Positions 14,467 to 23,961 of a stretch of DNA of 32,000 bases are shown in pieces. Under the pieces are notes generated by a model, which made no database searches, was not told where the DNA came from, and saw only the letters and a list, made by a program, of their open reading frames with translations. The position numbers and the translations under genes are program-made. This stretch comes from Thermodesulfobacterium commune DSM 2178 (GTDB lineage Bacteria; Desulfobacterota; Thermodesulfobacteria; Thermodesulfobacteriales; Thermodesulfobacteriaceae): contig NZ_CP008796.1 in assembly GCF_000734015.1 (NCBI RefSeq), positions 1,140,001 through 1,172,000 on the forward strand, in the 5' to 3' direction. Every line of letters starts with the position of its first letter. The stretch's first letter is position 1.

Positions 14467-16419
14467 CTATCTTAGGCAAAAATACAAAATAAAATAAAGA
14501 ATAAGACCTACCAAGATAAAAGTATTGTAATGGTTAACAATTCCTGAGTGCACCGTCCTTAAACCTGAGCCTGCAAGACTTATAAGTTTGGCTGTACCGT
14601 TGATAATCCCTTCTATCAAAATACCGTCTGAAATCTTATTAACCATCCATTTGGCTGTCCATAAGGTAGAACGCACAAAAAGTAAATCATACACCTCGTC
14701 AAAATACCACTTGGCATATAAAAATCGGTAGACCGAAGGAAGGTTTTGGGATAACCAGAACTGAAGGCTCGGTCTTTTAAGGTAGACTATCCAAGCTAAA
14801 AGGATACCCAAAAAGGCTGCCATAACAGAAAGTCCCATCAAAAGATACTCAGTCTGGTGTTCCATGGGCAGGGTCTTTGGGTGTCCAAGAACCGACTCTA
14901 AAAAGTTTAAAAATACAGGGTCTCCTCCTAAGGAATGAGGAACTCCTAACCAACCTGCAAAAACAGCCCCTATACTTATCAAACAAAGAGGAATAACCAT
15001 CGTCCTTGGGGACTCATGAGGATGGAAATCCTTTCTTCCCTTATATTCTCCAAAGAACACCCGAAACACTAACCTGAAGGTATAAAAAGCCGTTAAAAAC
15101 GCCACCAAAAGCCCTGTAACCCAAACCAACTTACCCCAGGGATATTGAGAGAAATAGGCCATCGCAAGTATTTCGTCTTTACTAAAAAATCCGGAAAGCC
15201 CTGGGAAACCAGCCAAGGCTAATGCACCTATCATAAAGGTAACAAATGTATAGGGCATATACTTTCTTAACCCACCCATCTGCCTTATGTCGTTGGTATG
15301 AACCGCATGGATCACACTACCAGCACCGAGAAAAAGCAAAGCTTTAAAGTAGGCATGTGTAAAGAGGTGAAAAATTCCTGCAGCAAAGGCTCCTACCCCA
15401 CAGGCCATAAACATATATCCCAGTTGAGACATGGTAGAGTAAGCGATGATCCTTTTGATATCAAACCTGGTAGGGGCGATGGTTGCTGCCATGAAACAGG
15501 TAAAAGCCCCCACAAAAGCTACCATAGCCATGGCATAAGAAGAAAGCTCAAAAAGACCATGGAGCCTTGCTACCATAAAGACCCCTGCGGTAACCATCGT
15601 AGCCGCATGGATAAGTGCTGAAACAGGGGTTGGACCTTCCATCGCATCAGGAAGCCAGGTATGAAGCGGAAACTGTGCACTTTTACCCATAGCCCCGCAA
15701 AAAAGTAAAAAGGCTATCAGAAAAGGCACATGGATTTCTAAACCTAAAAAGTCTATATATTTTTCAGACAAAAGAGGAAGCTTAGAGAAGACATCCTGAT
15801 AGTAAAGCGCTCCTGTAAAATAAAACAGGGCAAACACCCCAAGGGCAAAACCAAAATCACCTACCCTGTTAACGATAAAGGCTTTTTTGGCTGCGTTGGC
15901 TGCACTCTTTTTCTCATACCAGAAACCAATCAAAAGATAAGAACAAAGCCCTACTGCCTCCCACCCTAAATAAAGTTGAACCACGTTGTTAGAAAGAACA
16001 AGCATCAGCATGCTAAACGTGAAAAGAGAGATGTAAGAAAAAAATCGATAATACCCAGGGTCTCCATACATGTAGCCGATAGAGTAAACATGAATAAGAA
16101 AGGATAACGAAAGCACCATCGTGGTCATTACTATAGAAAGAGGGTCAACCAAAAAACCTAATCCTACTTTCAAGTTGGAAGCAGAAATCCAGGTATAAAG
16201 GTCAAAATCAAAAATCTTTCCTGAAAGCACCTCAAACAAAACCTTTAAAGAGATCAGAAAACTTATGAAAATAGCTAAAACTGGAATCTGATGTGCCTTT
16301 TCCTGTAAATATTTCTTCCCAAAGATAAGGGTAAAAAGGCTACCTAAAAGGGGTATAAATGGAATAAGAAAAACCCAGAGGTTAAAATGGGTAATCAACT
16401 CATAAGGATGTTCTGCCAT
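14467..16419 (-). CDS. nuoL: NADH-quinone oxidoreductase subunit L
   Basis: 650 aa. ND5-like motifs include FPLHTWLPDAMEGPTPVSALIHAATMV, plus a long C-terminal lateral-helix region. Confidence 0.92.
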   Translation of the reverse strand: MAEHPYELITHFNLWVFLIPFIPLLGSLFTLIFGKKYLQEKAHQIPVLAIFISFLISLKVLFEVLSGKIFDFDLYTWISASNLKVGLGFLVDPLSIVMTTMVLSLSFLIHVYSIGYMYGDPGYYRFFSYISLFTFSMLMLVLSNNVVQLYLGWEAVGLCSYLLIGFWYEKKSAANAAKKAFIVNRVGDFGFALGVFALFYFTGALYYQDVFSKLPLLSEKYIDFLGLEIHVPFLIAFLLFCGAMGKSAQFPLHTWLPDAMEGPTPVSALIHAATMVTAGVFMVARLHGLFELSSYAMAMVAFVGAFTCFMAATIAPTRFDIKRIIAYSTMSQLGYMFMACGVGAFAAGIFHLFTHAYFKALLFLGAGSVIHAVHTNDIRQMGGLRKYMPYTFVTFMIGALALAGFPGLSGFFSKDEILAMAYFSQYPWGKLVWVTGLLVAFLTAFYTFRLVFRVFFGEYKGRKDFHPHESPRTMVIPLCLISIGAVFAGWLGVPHSLGGDPVFLNFLESVLGHPKTLPMEHQTEYLLMGLSVMAAFLGILLAWIVYLKRPSLQFWLSQNLPSVYRFLYAKWYFDEVYDLLFVRSTLWTAKWMVNKISDGILIEGIINGTAKLISLAGSGLRTVHSGIVNHYNTFILVGLILYFILYFCLR

Positions 16420-16424
16420 AAAAA

Positions 16425-16727
16425 CTACCCCTTGTAATGGTTTATTTCTTCTGTATAAACGGTTTTAAGTTTTTTGTAGATCAATATAGCTAAGGTCAAT
16501 CCGATCGCAGCCTCAGCCGCAGCCATCGCTATGATAAAAAACACCATCACATAACCAGTTATGTCTTTTTTAAAATAAGAAAGGGCAGCAAAAAGGATGA
16601 TGATGGCGTTAAGCATAATCTCTATGGAAACCAAAACTACTATCAAATTTCTTCTCATCAAGAAACCAAAAAGCCCTATCAGAAAAAGGACCGATGATAG
16701 GATTAAATATGCCTCAAAAGGTACCAT
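16425..16727 (-). CDS. nuoK: NADH-quinone oxidoreductase subunit K
   Basis: 100 aa, three TM helices, ND4L-like (SIEIMLNA..., AAAEAAIGLAIL-type motif). Confidence 0.9.
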   Translation of the reverse strand: MVPFEAYLILSSVLFLIGLFGFLMRRNLIVVLVSIEIMLNAIIILFAALSYFKKDITGYVMVFFIIAMAAAEAAIGLTLAILIYKKLKTVYTEEINHYKG

Positions 16728-16734
16728 TTTTTTA

Positions 16735-17280
16735 CTAAACCTCCTCCTCTGTAGTTTTAACTTTTCTTACCAAAAAGACCGCCCCTAAAACCGCTACCAG
16801 CAATATCACTCCTATAATCTCAAAAGGCAAAAGATAATAGTTAAAAAGATAATGGGCTATCCACCAAAGGTTGTCTTTTTCTAAAGGATTAAAGGGTAGT
16901 ACTGCTTGCTCAAACTTTTTGGCTCCGTATATCAGGTAAAGATTAACCCCCATAAAACCTAAAAACAGCAAGAAAACCAAACTACAGAGGCAAAAACGTT
17001 TAACAAAGATACTGTGTTTTGTCTCTTTTCTCAGGTTTATCAGATAAACCACAAACAAAAACAAAACCAGCACCGCCCCTGCATATACAATCAGCTGTAC
17101 AGCCATCAAAAACTCAGAGCCAAGGGTTAAAAGCAAAAAAGCCTGATGCACCACCATCACCAAAACCAAAAGTATGGTGTGTACTGGATTTTTCGAGAAA
17201 ACCGCAAGCACACTTGAAACTACCATCGCAAAAGCCAGATACCCAAAAATAAGGCTGTTAAGATCTATGCCTAATCCCAT
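16735..17280 (-). CDS. nuoJ: NADH-quinone oxidoreductase subunit J
   Basis: 181 aa ND6-like membrane protein (VYAGAVLVLFLFVV). It sits between nuoI and nuoK. Confidence 0.85.
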   Translation of the reverse strand: MGLGIDLNSLIFGYLAFAMVVSSVLAVFSKNPVHTILLVLVMVVHQAFLLLTLGSEFLMAVQLIVYAGAVLVLFLFVVYLINLRKETKHSIFVKRFCLCSLVFLLFLGFMGVNLYLIYGAKKFEQAVLPFNPLEKDNLWWIAHYLFNYYLLPFEIIGVILLVAVLGAVFLVRKVKTTEEEV

Positions 17281-17282
17281 GT

Positions 17283-17834
17283 TTAAACCCCTTTAGCCTT
17301 TCTTTTTACTATAGAGAAAAATCCCTCTGGGATACCCTTAGGTTTCCAGAATGGATTAAAGTAAGGCCTTTCAGCTTTAGCGATAAACTCATCCCAGTTT
17401 TTAAGCAACCTTTCCTGGTCAAAATAAAGGTCCTCTCTTTTTTCTCCTATGTATTGATAAAATTCTGTAAGCACCAGGGCATTTACCGGGCAAACCTCTA
17501 CACAATACCCACAATACACACATCTTGAAGCATCTATCGCATACTCAGCTAACTGTCTTTTTTTCTTTCCTCCTTCTTCTATCTCTACAGTTTTGATGTA
17601 GATGCATCTTGAAGGGCAAACCCTTTCGCACCTATGGCAAGCCACACAGATAGGTCCCTGGGTAAGTTCACTTCTAACCAAAGCATGTCTTCCTCTAAAT
17701 CCTGGATAAGGTTGAGGGATTACCTTGTCGTAGCATTCTATGGTAACAGGCTTTTCAAACAGTAATTTTTTAAGGGTTAAGGCTAATCCCTTTAAAATTT
17801 CTATCAAAAAAAGCTTTTCAAACAAGCTTTTCAC
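17283..17834 (-). CDS. nuoI: NADH-quinone oxidoreductase subunit I (2x[4Fe-4S])
   Basis: 183 aa with two CxxCxxCxxxCP motifs (CVACHRCERVCP, CVYCGYCVEVCP) in the NuoI/TYKY arrangement. Confidence 0.9.
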   Translation of the reverse strand: MKSLFEKLFLIEILKGLALTLKKLLFEKPVTIECYDKVIPQPYPGFRGRHALVRSELTQGPICVACHRCERVCPSRCIYIKTVEIEEGGKKKRQLAEYAIDASRCVYCGYCVEVCPVNALVLTEFYQYIGEKREDLYFDQERLLKNWDEFIAKAERPYFNPFWKPKGIPEGFFSIVKRKAKGV

Positions 17835-17847
17835 CTTCCATTTCCTC

Positions 17848-18828
17848 CTAAAAAATCAGTTTTATCAAGGCTGTTAAAAACAGGTTTATCAAACCAAGAG
17901 GGATAAGCACCTTCCAACCAAGGTCCATAAGTTGGTCATAACGATATCTTGGGAGGGTAGCCCTTATCCAAATGTAAAAGAAAAGTAAGGCATAAACCTT
18001 TACCACAAACCAGAAAAAGGGAACATAAGGAACCTCAAAGGGCCCTGCCCAACCACCTAAAAAACAAGTAACTGCAAGGGCACTCATCACAAGCATTCCA
18101 AAATATTCTGCCAGATAAAAAAGGGCAAACCTCATTCCTGAGTATTCTACAAAATACCCTGCAACAAGCTCTGTCTCTGCCTCAGGCAAATCAAAGGGAG
18201 TGCGATTACACTCAGCTACCGCTGAAACGATAAAAACAAAAAATCCGAGCAACTGAGGGATAAGATAAACCTTAAAAGGTGAGTTTATCTGAGCTCTTAC
18301 GATGTCTCCGAGGTTAAGGGACCCTGCCATCAAAACCACGCTTAAAAGGGCAAGGCTCATTGCTATCTCATAGCTTATCACCTGAGCACTGGCTCTGAGC
18401 CCTCCTAAAAAGGCATACCTTGAGTTAGAAGCCCATCCTGACAGTATAACTCCGTAAGCACTTAAAGAGCTTAAAGCCAGAATAAACAAAAGACCTACGT
18501 TTATGTTGCTTATCACAAAATTTTCCCAAAGAGGCACCAACGCTATCCCTGTTCCAGCACAAACCAGAGAGATAAAAGGGGCGATATAAAATACAGGCTT
18601 ATCTACCTGAGCAGGAATGATGTCTTCCTTGGTAAGCAGTTTTAACATGTCAGCGATGGGTTGTAAAAGCCCTCTTGGTCCTACCCTGTTAGGTCCAAGC
18701 CTTTGTTGCATCCTGGCAATGATCTTTCTTTCTGCGTAGGTAAGATAGGCTACGTGTAAAAGGCTTACTATAAGCAGGATCACCGTTCCTGCCAAAAACC
18801 AAAACAGATTGGACCAAAGGTCTTCCAT
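17848..18828 (-). CDS. nuoH: NADH-quinone oxidoreductase subunit H
   Basis: 326 aa ND1-like protein (YAERKIIARMQQRLGPNRVGP, ECNRTPFDLPEAETELVAGY). Confidence 0.93.
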   Translation of the reverse strand: MEDLWSNLFWFLAGTVILLIVSLLHVAYLTYAERKIIARMQQRLGPNRVGPRGLLQPIADMLKLLTKEDIIPAQVDKPVFYIAPFISLVCAGTGIALVPLWENFVISNINVGLLFILALSSLSAYGVILSGWASNSRYAFLGGLRASAQVISYEIAMSLALLSVVLMAGSLNLGDIVRAQINSPFKVYLIPQLLGFFVFIVSAVAECNRTPFDLPEAETELVAGYFVEYSGMRFALFYLAEYFGMLVMSALAVTCFLGGWAGPFEVPYVPFFWFVVKVYALLFFYIWIRATLPRYRYDQLMDLGWKVLIPLGLINLFLTALIKLIF

Positions 18829-18837
18829 ATATCCTCC

Positions 18838-20067
18838 TTACCTGTCAGAATCCCCTAAAACTATGTCAAGGGTCCCTATAATGGCTACCAGATCAGCAAT
18901 CATATGCCCTTTTGTCATATGAGGAATGGCAGAGATATGTACAAAAGAGGGAGTCCTGATCCTAAGCCTCCAGGGTTTACTTGAACCGTCACTTATCACA
19001 TAAACCGAAAGTTCACCCTTAGGGGATTCTATGGAAGCAAAGGCCTCCCCTACAGGGACAATCTCTTTTTCTTTTGGTTTAAACATAACTCCAAGCTTAG
19101 GATGGGGTTGAGCAGAAACTTCTCTCACCTTTTCTGGCATAAGAAGGTCAGGAGCATTTTCAGTCAACACCGGCTCCCCTTCGGTTTCAGATAGCTTGTC
19201 TAAACACTGTTTGATAATCCAGTTAGACTGACGAAGCTCCCTCATCCTTACTTTATAACGATCGTAAGTATCTCCATTTTGTCCTACAGGAACCTCAAAC
19301 TCTACCTCAGGATAGGCATCATAGGGTCTAAATTTTCTTACATCATAAGGAACACCAGATCCCCTTAAACAAGGACCGGTAAGCCCTAAGTTAAAAGCCT
19401 CTTCAGCAGAAACTACCGCTATGTTTTTGGTTCGTTTAAGCCAGATACGGTTGGTATCGATCAAGGTCTCGTAGTCGGTAATCCTTTTAGGAAATTCCTC
19501 TACAAACCGATAGAGTTCCTCTATAACCTCAGGCTCAAAATCTCTTCTTACCCCACCTACTCTAACGTAGGTATGGGTGAGCCTTGCCCCACAAATCCTT
19601 TCATAAATGTTTAACAACCATTCTCTGTCCCTAAAACAGTAAAGGAAAACAGTCATCGCCCCTATATCAAGGGCATGGGTTGCAAGCCAGAGTAAATGAC
19701 TACATATCCTTGCCATCTCCGAAACAATCGTTCTTATCAGCTTAGCCCTTCTTGGCACCTCAAGTTTGAAGAGTTTTTCAAAGGCAAGGGCAAAGGCTAC
19801 GTTGTTTGCCGCAGAAGAAATATAGTCTAACCGGTCACTTAAAACGATGGTCTGGTTGTAGTTAAGGTTTTCTGCAAGTTTTTCTATTCCTCTATGGAGA
19901 TACCCGATGATAGGGTCGCAGTTAACGATGGTTTCCCCTTCTAATTCAAGGAAAAGGCGTAAAACCCCGTGAGTAGAAGGGTGCTGAGGACCCATGTTTA
20001 GATAAAAAGGCTCTTCCCAGCTGTCTTTGCCTTTCTGTTTTTTATTAACCTCTAAAACTAAAGACAT
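18838..20067 (-). CDS. nuoD: NADH-quinone oxidoreductase subunit D
   Basis: 409 aa, 49-kDa/NiFe-hydrogenase-large-subunit-like (LNMGPQHPSTHGVLRL, ...RIRTPSFVHISA...DIVLGDSDR). Confidence 0.93.
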   Translation of the reverse strand: MSLVLEVNKKQKGKDSWEEPFYLNMGPQHPSTHGVLRLFLELEGETIVNCDPIIGYLHRGIEKLAENLNYNQTIVLSDRLDYISSAANNVAFALAFEKLFKLEVPRRAKLIRTIVSEMARICSHLLWLATHALDIGAMTVFLYCFRDREWLLNIYERICGARLTHTYVRVGGVRRDFEPEVIEELYRFVEEFPKRITDYETLIDTNRIWLKRTKNIAVVSAEEAFNLGLTGPCLRGSGVPYDVRKFRPYDAYPEVEFEVPVGQNGDTYDRYKVRMRELRQSNWIIKQCLDKLSETEGEPVLTENAPDLLMPEKVREVSAQPHPKLGVMFKPKEKEIVPVGEAFASIESPKGELSVYVISDGSSKPWRLRIRTPSFVHISAIPHMTKGHMIADLVAIIGTLDIVLGDSDR

Positions 20068-20070
20068 CCT

Positions 20071-20583
20071 TTAGCCTCTCCTCTTATACTTTTCTACCAA
20101 AGCCTTGTATGGTTCCCAGTCTTCTTCCTCTGAGAAAAGAGGATAATCCTTTCTTAAAGGATAACCCTTCCAGTCTTCAGGCATAAGCACCCTTCTCAAG
20201 TCAGGATGACCTTTAAAAACTATCCCAAACATATCAAAACACTCTCTCTCAAACCAGTTAGCCGCTTTCCATAGAGAGGTTACAGAATACTGCCAGGGGT
20301 CCTCTTCTGGAACCCTAACCTTTAACCTTAAAAGTTTTCTTTCATCTAAATTAAAAAGATGATAAACCACCTCAAACCTTTCCTCAAAGGTTTTAGGTTT
20401 ATATCCTAAGTAGTCAACCCCACAAAGGTCTATCAGATGGATAAAACCTTTTTCTTGTTTAAGCCAGGTTATGAGGTCTAAAAAACCTTCTCTATTGCAA
20501 ACCACCACTTCGCCGTCAACTTCCAGAAAACTTTCTTTCACTACCTCTGGAAACTTGACCTTTAACTCTTCATAAAGTCCCAT
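20071..20583 (-). CDS. nuoC: NADH-quinone oxidoreductase subunit C
   Basis: 170 aa, 30-kDa subunit pattern ([26 protein letters not shown]). Confidence 0.9.
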   Translation of the reverse strand: MGLYEELKVKFPEVVKESFLEVDGEVVVCNREGFLDLITWLKQEKGFIHLIDLCGVDYLGYKPKTFEERFEVVYHLFNLDERKLLRLKVRVPEEDPWQYSVTSLWKAANWFERECFDMFGIVFKGHPDLRRVLMPEDWKGYPLRKDYPLFSEEEDWEPYKALVEKYKRRG

Positions 20584-20586
20584 ACA

Positions 20587-21102
20587 CTATCTCCAGTAAC
20601 CCCATCTTTTGGTCTCTTTTTTAATCTTTTCCTGGAGTTGCAACAACGCATAAATCAGGGCTTCAGGACAGGGAGGGCAACCAGGTAGATAGATGTCTAC
20701 CGGTAAAAACTGGTCTACCCCCTGAGCTACTGAATAGGTTCTAAAAATTCCCCCAGAGCAGGCACAACTTCCCATGGCAATCACATACTTAGGCTCTGGC
20801 ATCTGGTCATATACCCTTCTTACGATCGGAGCCATCTTTTTGGTTACCGTACCTGCCACTATCAAAAGGTCTGCCTGACGAGGGGTAGCTCTAAAGATTA
20901 TACCGTACCGGTCAAGGTCATAGTGACTGGCTCCAGTTGCCATCATCTCTATGGCACAGCAGGCAAGCCCAAAGGTAAGAGGCCACAAAGACCCTGCTCT
21001 TGCCCAGTTTATCACTTTGTCTATGGTAGTCACCACCACAGGGGCTCCAGGAACCTGTCTTACTCCAGGTGCTATCTCTATGGTAGATTTTTCTACTCCC
21101 AT
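20587..21102 (-). CDS. nuoB: NADH-quinone oxidoreductase subunit B
   Basis: PSST-like ([31 protein letters not shown]). I place the start at ATG 21102 (MGVEKS...), with AAGGAG 8 nt upstream. This overlaps the nuoA stop in AAATGGGAGTAG. The track's longer 199-aa form runs through nuoA coding sequence. Confidence 0.9.
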   Translation of the reverse strand: MGVEKSTIEIAPGVRQVPGAPVVVTTIDKVINWARAGSLWPLTFGLACCAIEMMATGASHYDLDRYGIIFRATPRQADLLIVAGTVTKKMAPIVRRVYDQMPEPKYVIAMGSCACSGGIFRTYSVAQGVDQFLPVDIYLPGCPPCPEALIYALLQLQEKIKKETKRWGYWR

Positions 21103-21446
21103 TTTAAAGCTCCTTCTCTCCAGGCATAAACATAGGCTACCAACAACAAAAACACAAAAACCGCGATTTCTACAAAACCAAACCAACCAAGGTCTTCAAA
21201 AACTACTGCCCATGGATAAAGAAAAACCAGCTCAACATCAAAAACCAAAAAAATCACAGCTATCAAATAAAACTTTACCTTAAGCGGAATCCTTGCATCC
21301 CACGAAACATCTATCCCACATTCATAAGGTTTAAACTTAGCAGGGTTAAACCTTCTTAAGGCAAAAAAATTGTTAGCTATCACCAATAAAGCCCCAAGAA
21401 GGAAAAGCAAAAAACCAAACAAAAAAATCCCTTGATATCCACTCAT
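21093..21446 (-). CDS. nuoA: NADH-quinone oxidoreductase subunit A
   Basis: 117 aa, three TM helices, ND3-like ([23 protein letters not shown]). Confidence 0.9.
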   Translation of the reverse strand: MSGYQGIFLFGFLLFLLGALLVIANNFFALRRFNPAKFKPYECGIDVSWDARIPLKVKFYLIAVIFLVFDVELVFLYPWAVVFEDLGWFGFVEIAVFVFLLLVAYVYAWREGALKWE

Positions 21447-21875
21447 TTATTTTTCTTCCTCCTTAGGTTTAGGAGTTTCTTTAACTAGCTCTAAAGCCTG
21501 ATTAGGACAAGCCTCTACACAATAAGGTAAAAGACCTGCCTTTACCCTTTCTAAACAAAGGTCACACTTGTTAATCCTGCCTGTTTTTTTGTTAAACTTA
21601 GGCACACCAAACGGGCAAGCCTCCTCACAGTTTCTGCATCCCACACACAGCTCCGGATAAAGCCTTACCACCTCTCCTTCTCTTTCTATAGCACCTACAG
21701 GACACACCGACGCACATTGAGGCCTTTTACACTGAAGACATGAAAAATAGTAAAACTTGCCCTCTATCTCATAAATAGCACAATTGCTCAATCCTTCATG
21801 ATTTTCTGCACAAGCCTTAACACATTCCCCACAACCAGAACAACGTTCAGGATAATGCTTTATCTTATATTTCAT
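21447..21875 (-). CDS. four-cluster [4Fe-4S] ferredoxin-like protein (DmsB/NrfC/HybA-type), first gene of the nuo string
   Basis: 142 aa with four Cys groups: CSGCGECVKAC, CLQCKRPQCASVCP, CVGCRNCEEACP and CDLC-x11-CVEACP. Its TAA stop (21447-21449) directly abuts the nuoA ATG (21446-21444). Confidence 0.85.
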   Translation of the reverse strand: MKYKIKHYPERCSGCGECVKACAENHEGLSNCAIYEIEGKFYYFSCLQCKRPQCASVCPVGAIEREGEVVRLYPELCVGCRNCEEACPFGVPKFNKKTGRINKCDLCLERVKAGLLPYCVEACPNQALELVKETPKPKEEEK

Positions 21876-21994
21876 CTATAACCTCTCTTTAACCAGGATA
21901 ACTTGTTGGCTTTATCATTAAATCTCTAATCTCTGCTACCCCTTTTTAAACCACTTGTTAAATATTTCACATATCTTAAAAAGAACTTTTAACC

Positions 21995-22696
21995 TTAGAC
22001 CTTAATTACCAGTATATCTTCATACTCGCTATTTTGCACCAGTCTACACTGTTCATAGAAACACATGAAAAGAAGAGCCAAAAAATAACAAACCACTTTT
22101 AACACATCGAGATCTCTGGTTTTTAGGAAATCTTCAAAATAAAAAGAAGGATTTTGTTGTAAAAACTGATAGACCTCATCTATGTAATCTTCTATCGAAA
22201 CCTGTGGCAGCCTTTCTAAGACTTCTGTTTTAAGGGTTTCCCGTTGAAGCACCCTAAGAAGAGCCTGTAAAAGAAGGTTGAAGGCCTGTTGACTTTCTGG
22301 ACTGGTTAAAAATTCATCTGAAGGTAGTTGAACCTCTGAACTTTTAGGTAAAAAAACTTTATCTTCGAGAACCCGGTCTAAGGGAATAAGGTTATAGTAG
22401 TGAAACTGTCTTTTTATTGAAATCTCTTCCTCAGGATAAGATTCCTCAGAAGGTTGAGGTTCCTCCTGAGGACGTGTGTTTAACAAAAAACAGCTTTTCC
22501 AGTAAAGGGCTTCAGAAAGTTTAACTATAAGCTCTAAAAATAAACCAGAAAAAAGCTTGGGAAGAGGGACGGTTGATAGGAGTGCCACAAATTCTGAAAG
22601 ATTATACTTTAAAACCTCTTGTTTGTTTTTGGTAAAAATTCTTCTAAATTGCTCTAAATCTGTGTATACCTCTACCTCGCGTAAGTTTTCTGTCAT
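21995..22696 (-). CDS. scpA: divergent ScpA-like kleisin (segregation and condensation protein A family)
   Basis: 233 aa. The C-terminus (VSIEDYIDEVYQFLQQNPSFYFEDFL...LDVLKVVCYFLALLFMCFYEQCRLVQNSEYEDILV) follows the ScpA winged-helix pattern VxIE..M.EI...L....F..LF....VV.FLALLEL.K...V.Q...F.DI.I. The N-terminus loosely fits the L..L..I.KNK....Y.ISE pattern. Confidence 0.5.
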   Translation of the reverse strand: MTENLREVEVYTDLEQFRRIFTKNKQEVLKYNLSEFVALLSTVPLPKLFSGLFLELIVKLSEALYWKSCFLLNTRPQEEPQPSEESYPEEEISIKRQFHYYNLIPLDRVLEDKVFLPKSSEVQLPSDEFLTSPESQQAFNLLLQALLRVLQRETLKTEVLERLPQVSIEDYIDEVYQFLQQNPSFYFEDFLKTRDLDVLKVVCYFLALLFMCFYEQCRLVQNSEYEDILVIKV

Positions 22697-23146
22697 CTAT
22701 TGACCCATCTTTTTGCCTATTAAATGGACTTTTTTAAAACATTTATTCATCACCACTTTTATCCCGTGGGCCTCAGCAAGTTTTTTAGCTTCTTCGTTAA
22801 TCACCCCCTCTTGCATCCAGATCACCTTAGGTTTTAAAGCCAATGCCTCTTCTACTATCGGTAAAACCATCTCAGGCTTTCTAAAAATAATCACTACTTC
22901 AGGATAAAGCTCTTCAGGGAGTTGAGATAAAGAAGGATATACCTTTTTCCCAAGGATTTCTTCCCTTACCGGGTTTATAGGGACTACTTCAAAACCTTCT
23001 TTTAGTAGATATTCCATTACCTGATAGCTTGGTCGATCTGGATTATGACTTGCCCCTACTATGGCCAATCTTTTGTATTTCTTAGGTATTTCTAAAATCT
23101 CTTGAGAAAGGTCGGTATAATCAGGTAAACTACACTGTTCTGTCAT
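22697..23146 (-). CDS. CoA-binding domain protein (YccU/YneT-like)
   Basis: 149 aa. KRLAIVGASHNPDRPSYQVMEYLLKEGFEVVPINP ... VIWMQEGVINEEA is the CoA_binding_2 pattern. Confidence 0.8.
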   Translation of the reverse strand: MTEQCSLPDYTDLSQEILEIPKKYKRLAIVGASHNPDRPSYQVMEYLLKEGFEVVPINPVREEILGKKVYPSLSQLPEELYPEVVIIFRKPEMVLPIVEEALALKPKVIWMQEGVINEEAKKLAEAHGIKVVMNKCFKKVHLIGKKMGQ

Positions 23147-23176
23147 ATCTTTTTCTCCCCCTCTGTAAAAGGCTCC

Positions 23177-23938
23177 TTAAAGGGCTACAGCACAAATTTT
23201 TAAGAACTTATCAGGGTCTAAAGAAGCTCCACCTACCAACACCCCATCTATGTTAGGTTGTTTGATAAGGCTTTCTATGTTTTCAGGGGTTACACTTCCT
23301 CCATAAAGGATTCTTATGGTTTCTGCCTTCTCTTTTCCATAAAGACCTGAAAGAAAATCTCTGATAAAACCATGGACTTCTTCAGCCTGTTCAGGGGTTG
23401 CGGTAATTCCTGTTCCTATAGCCCAAACTGGTTCATAAGCTATCACCAGATCCCTTCCACCCACCTCTTTAATCCCGTTTAAACCTGCCTCTAATTGTGA
23501 TTTTATTACCTCTAAGGTTTTATTCTGCTGTCTTTCTTCGAGGGTTTCTCCAACACAAAGAATAGGGGTCAGCCCAAAACGAAAAACGCCTTCTGCTCTT
23601 TTTCCTACCAGTTCATTGGTTTCTCCGAAAATATGTCTTCTTTCTGAATGGCCTACTATCACATACTCAACCCCTAATTCCTTAAGCATCAAAGGAGAAA
23701 CCTCTCCAGTAAATGCCCCTTTTTCCTCCCAACAAGCATTTTGCGCACCTAACTTTATCGGTGAGCCCTCGGTGAGTTTTCTTGAGTAAGCTAATGCTGT
23801 AAAAGGTGGAGCTATCATTATTTCTTTGGCTGAAAGGTCTATTGTTTCTAAGTCTTTAAGAAACTTCTCAAAATAGGCCTTTACTTCAGACAAAGTTTTG
23901 TGCATCTTCCAGTTTCCAGCTAAAAGAACCTTTTTCAT
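23177..23938 (-). CDS. tpiA: triosephosphate isomerase
   Basis: AGNWKMH, VGHSERR and AYEPVWAIGTG motifs. I prefer ATG 23938 (MKKVLLAGNWKM) over the track's TTG at 23959. Confidence 0.93.
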   Translation of the reverse strand: MKKVLLAGNWKMHKTLSEVKAYFEKFLKDLETIDLSAKEIMIAPPFTALAYSRKLTEGSPIKLGAQNACWEEKGAFTGEVSPLMLKELGVEYVIVGHSERRHIFGETNELVGKRAEGVFRFGLTPILCVGETLEERQQNKTLEVIKSQLEAGLNGIKEVGGRDLVIAYEPVWAIGTGITATPEQAEEVHGFIRDFLSGLYGKEKAETIRILYGGSVTPENIESLIKQPNIDGVLVGGASLDPDKFLKICAVAL

Positions 23939-23961
23939 AAATCTAACCCCTTTTTTCAACG

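Noticed and set aside
21103-21186. 28-residue N-terminal extension of NuoB in the ORF track ([15 protein letters not shown]...)
   Set aside because: The extension runs through nuoA coding sequence in another frame and is not NuoB-like. An ATG with AAGGAG at the proper distance (21102) gives a canonical NuoB N-terminus overlapping the nuoA stop.
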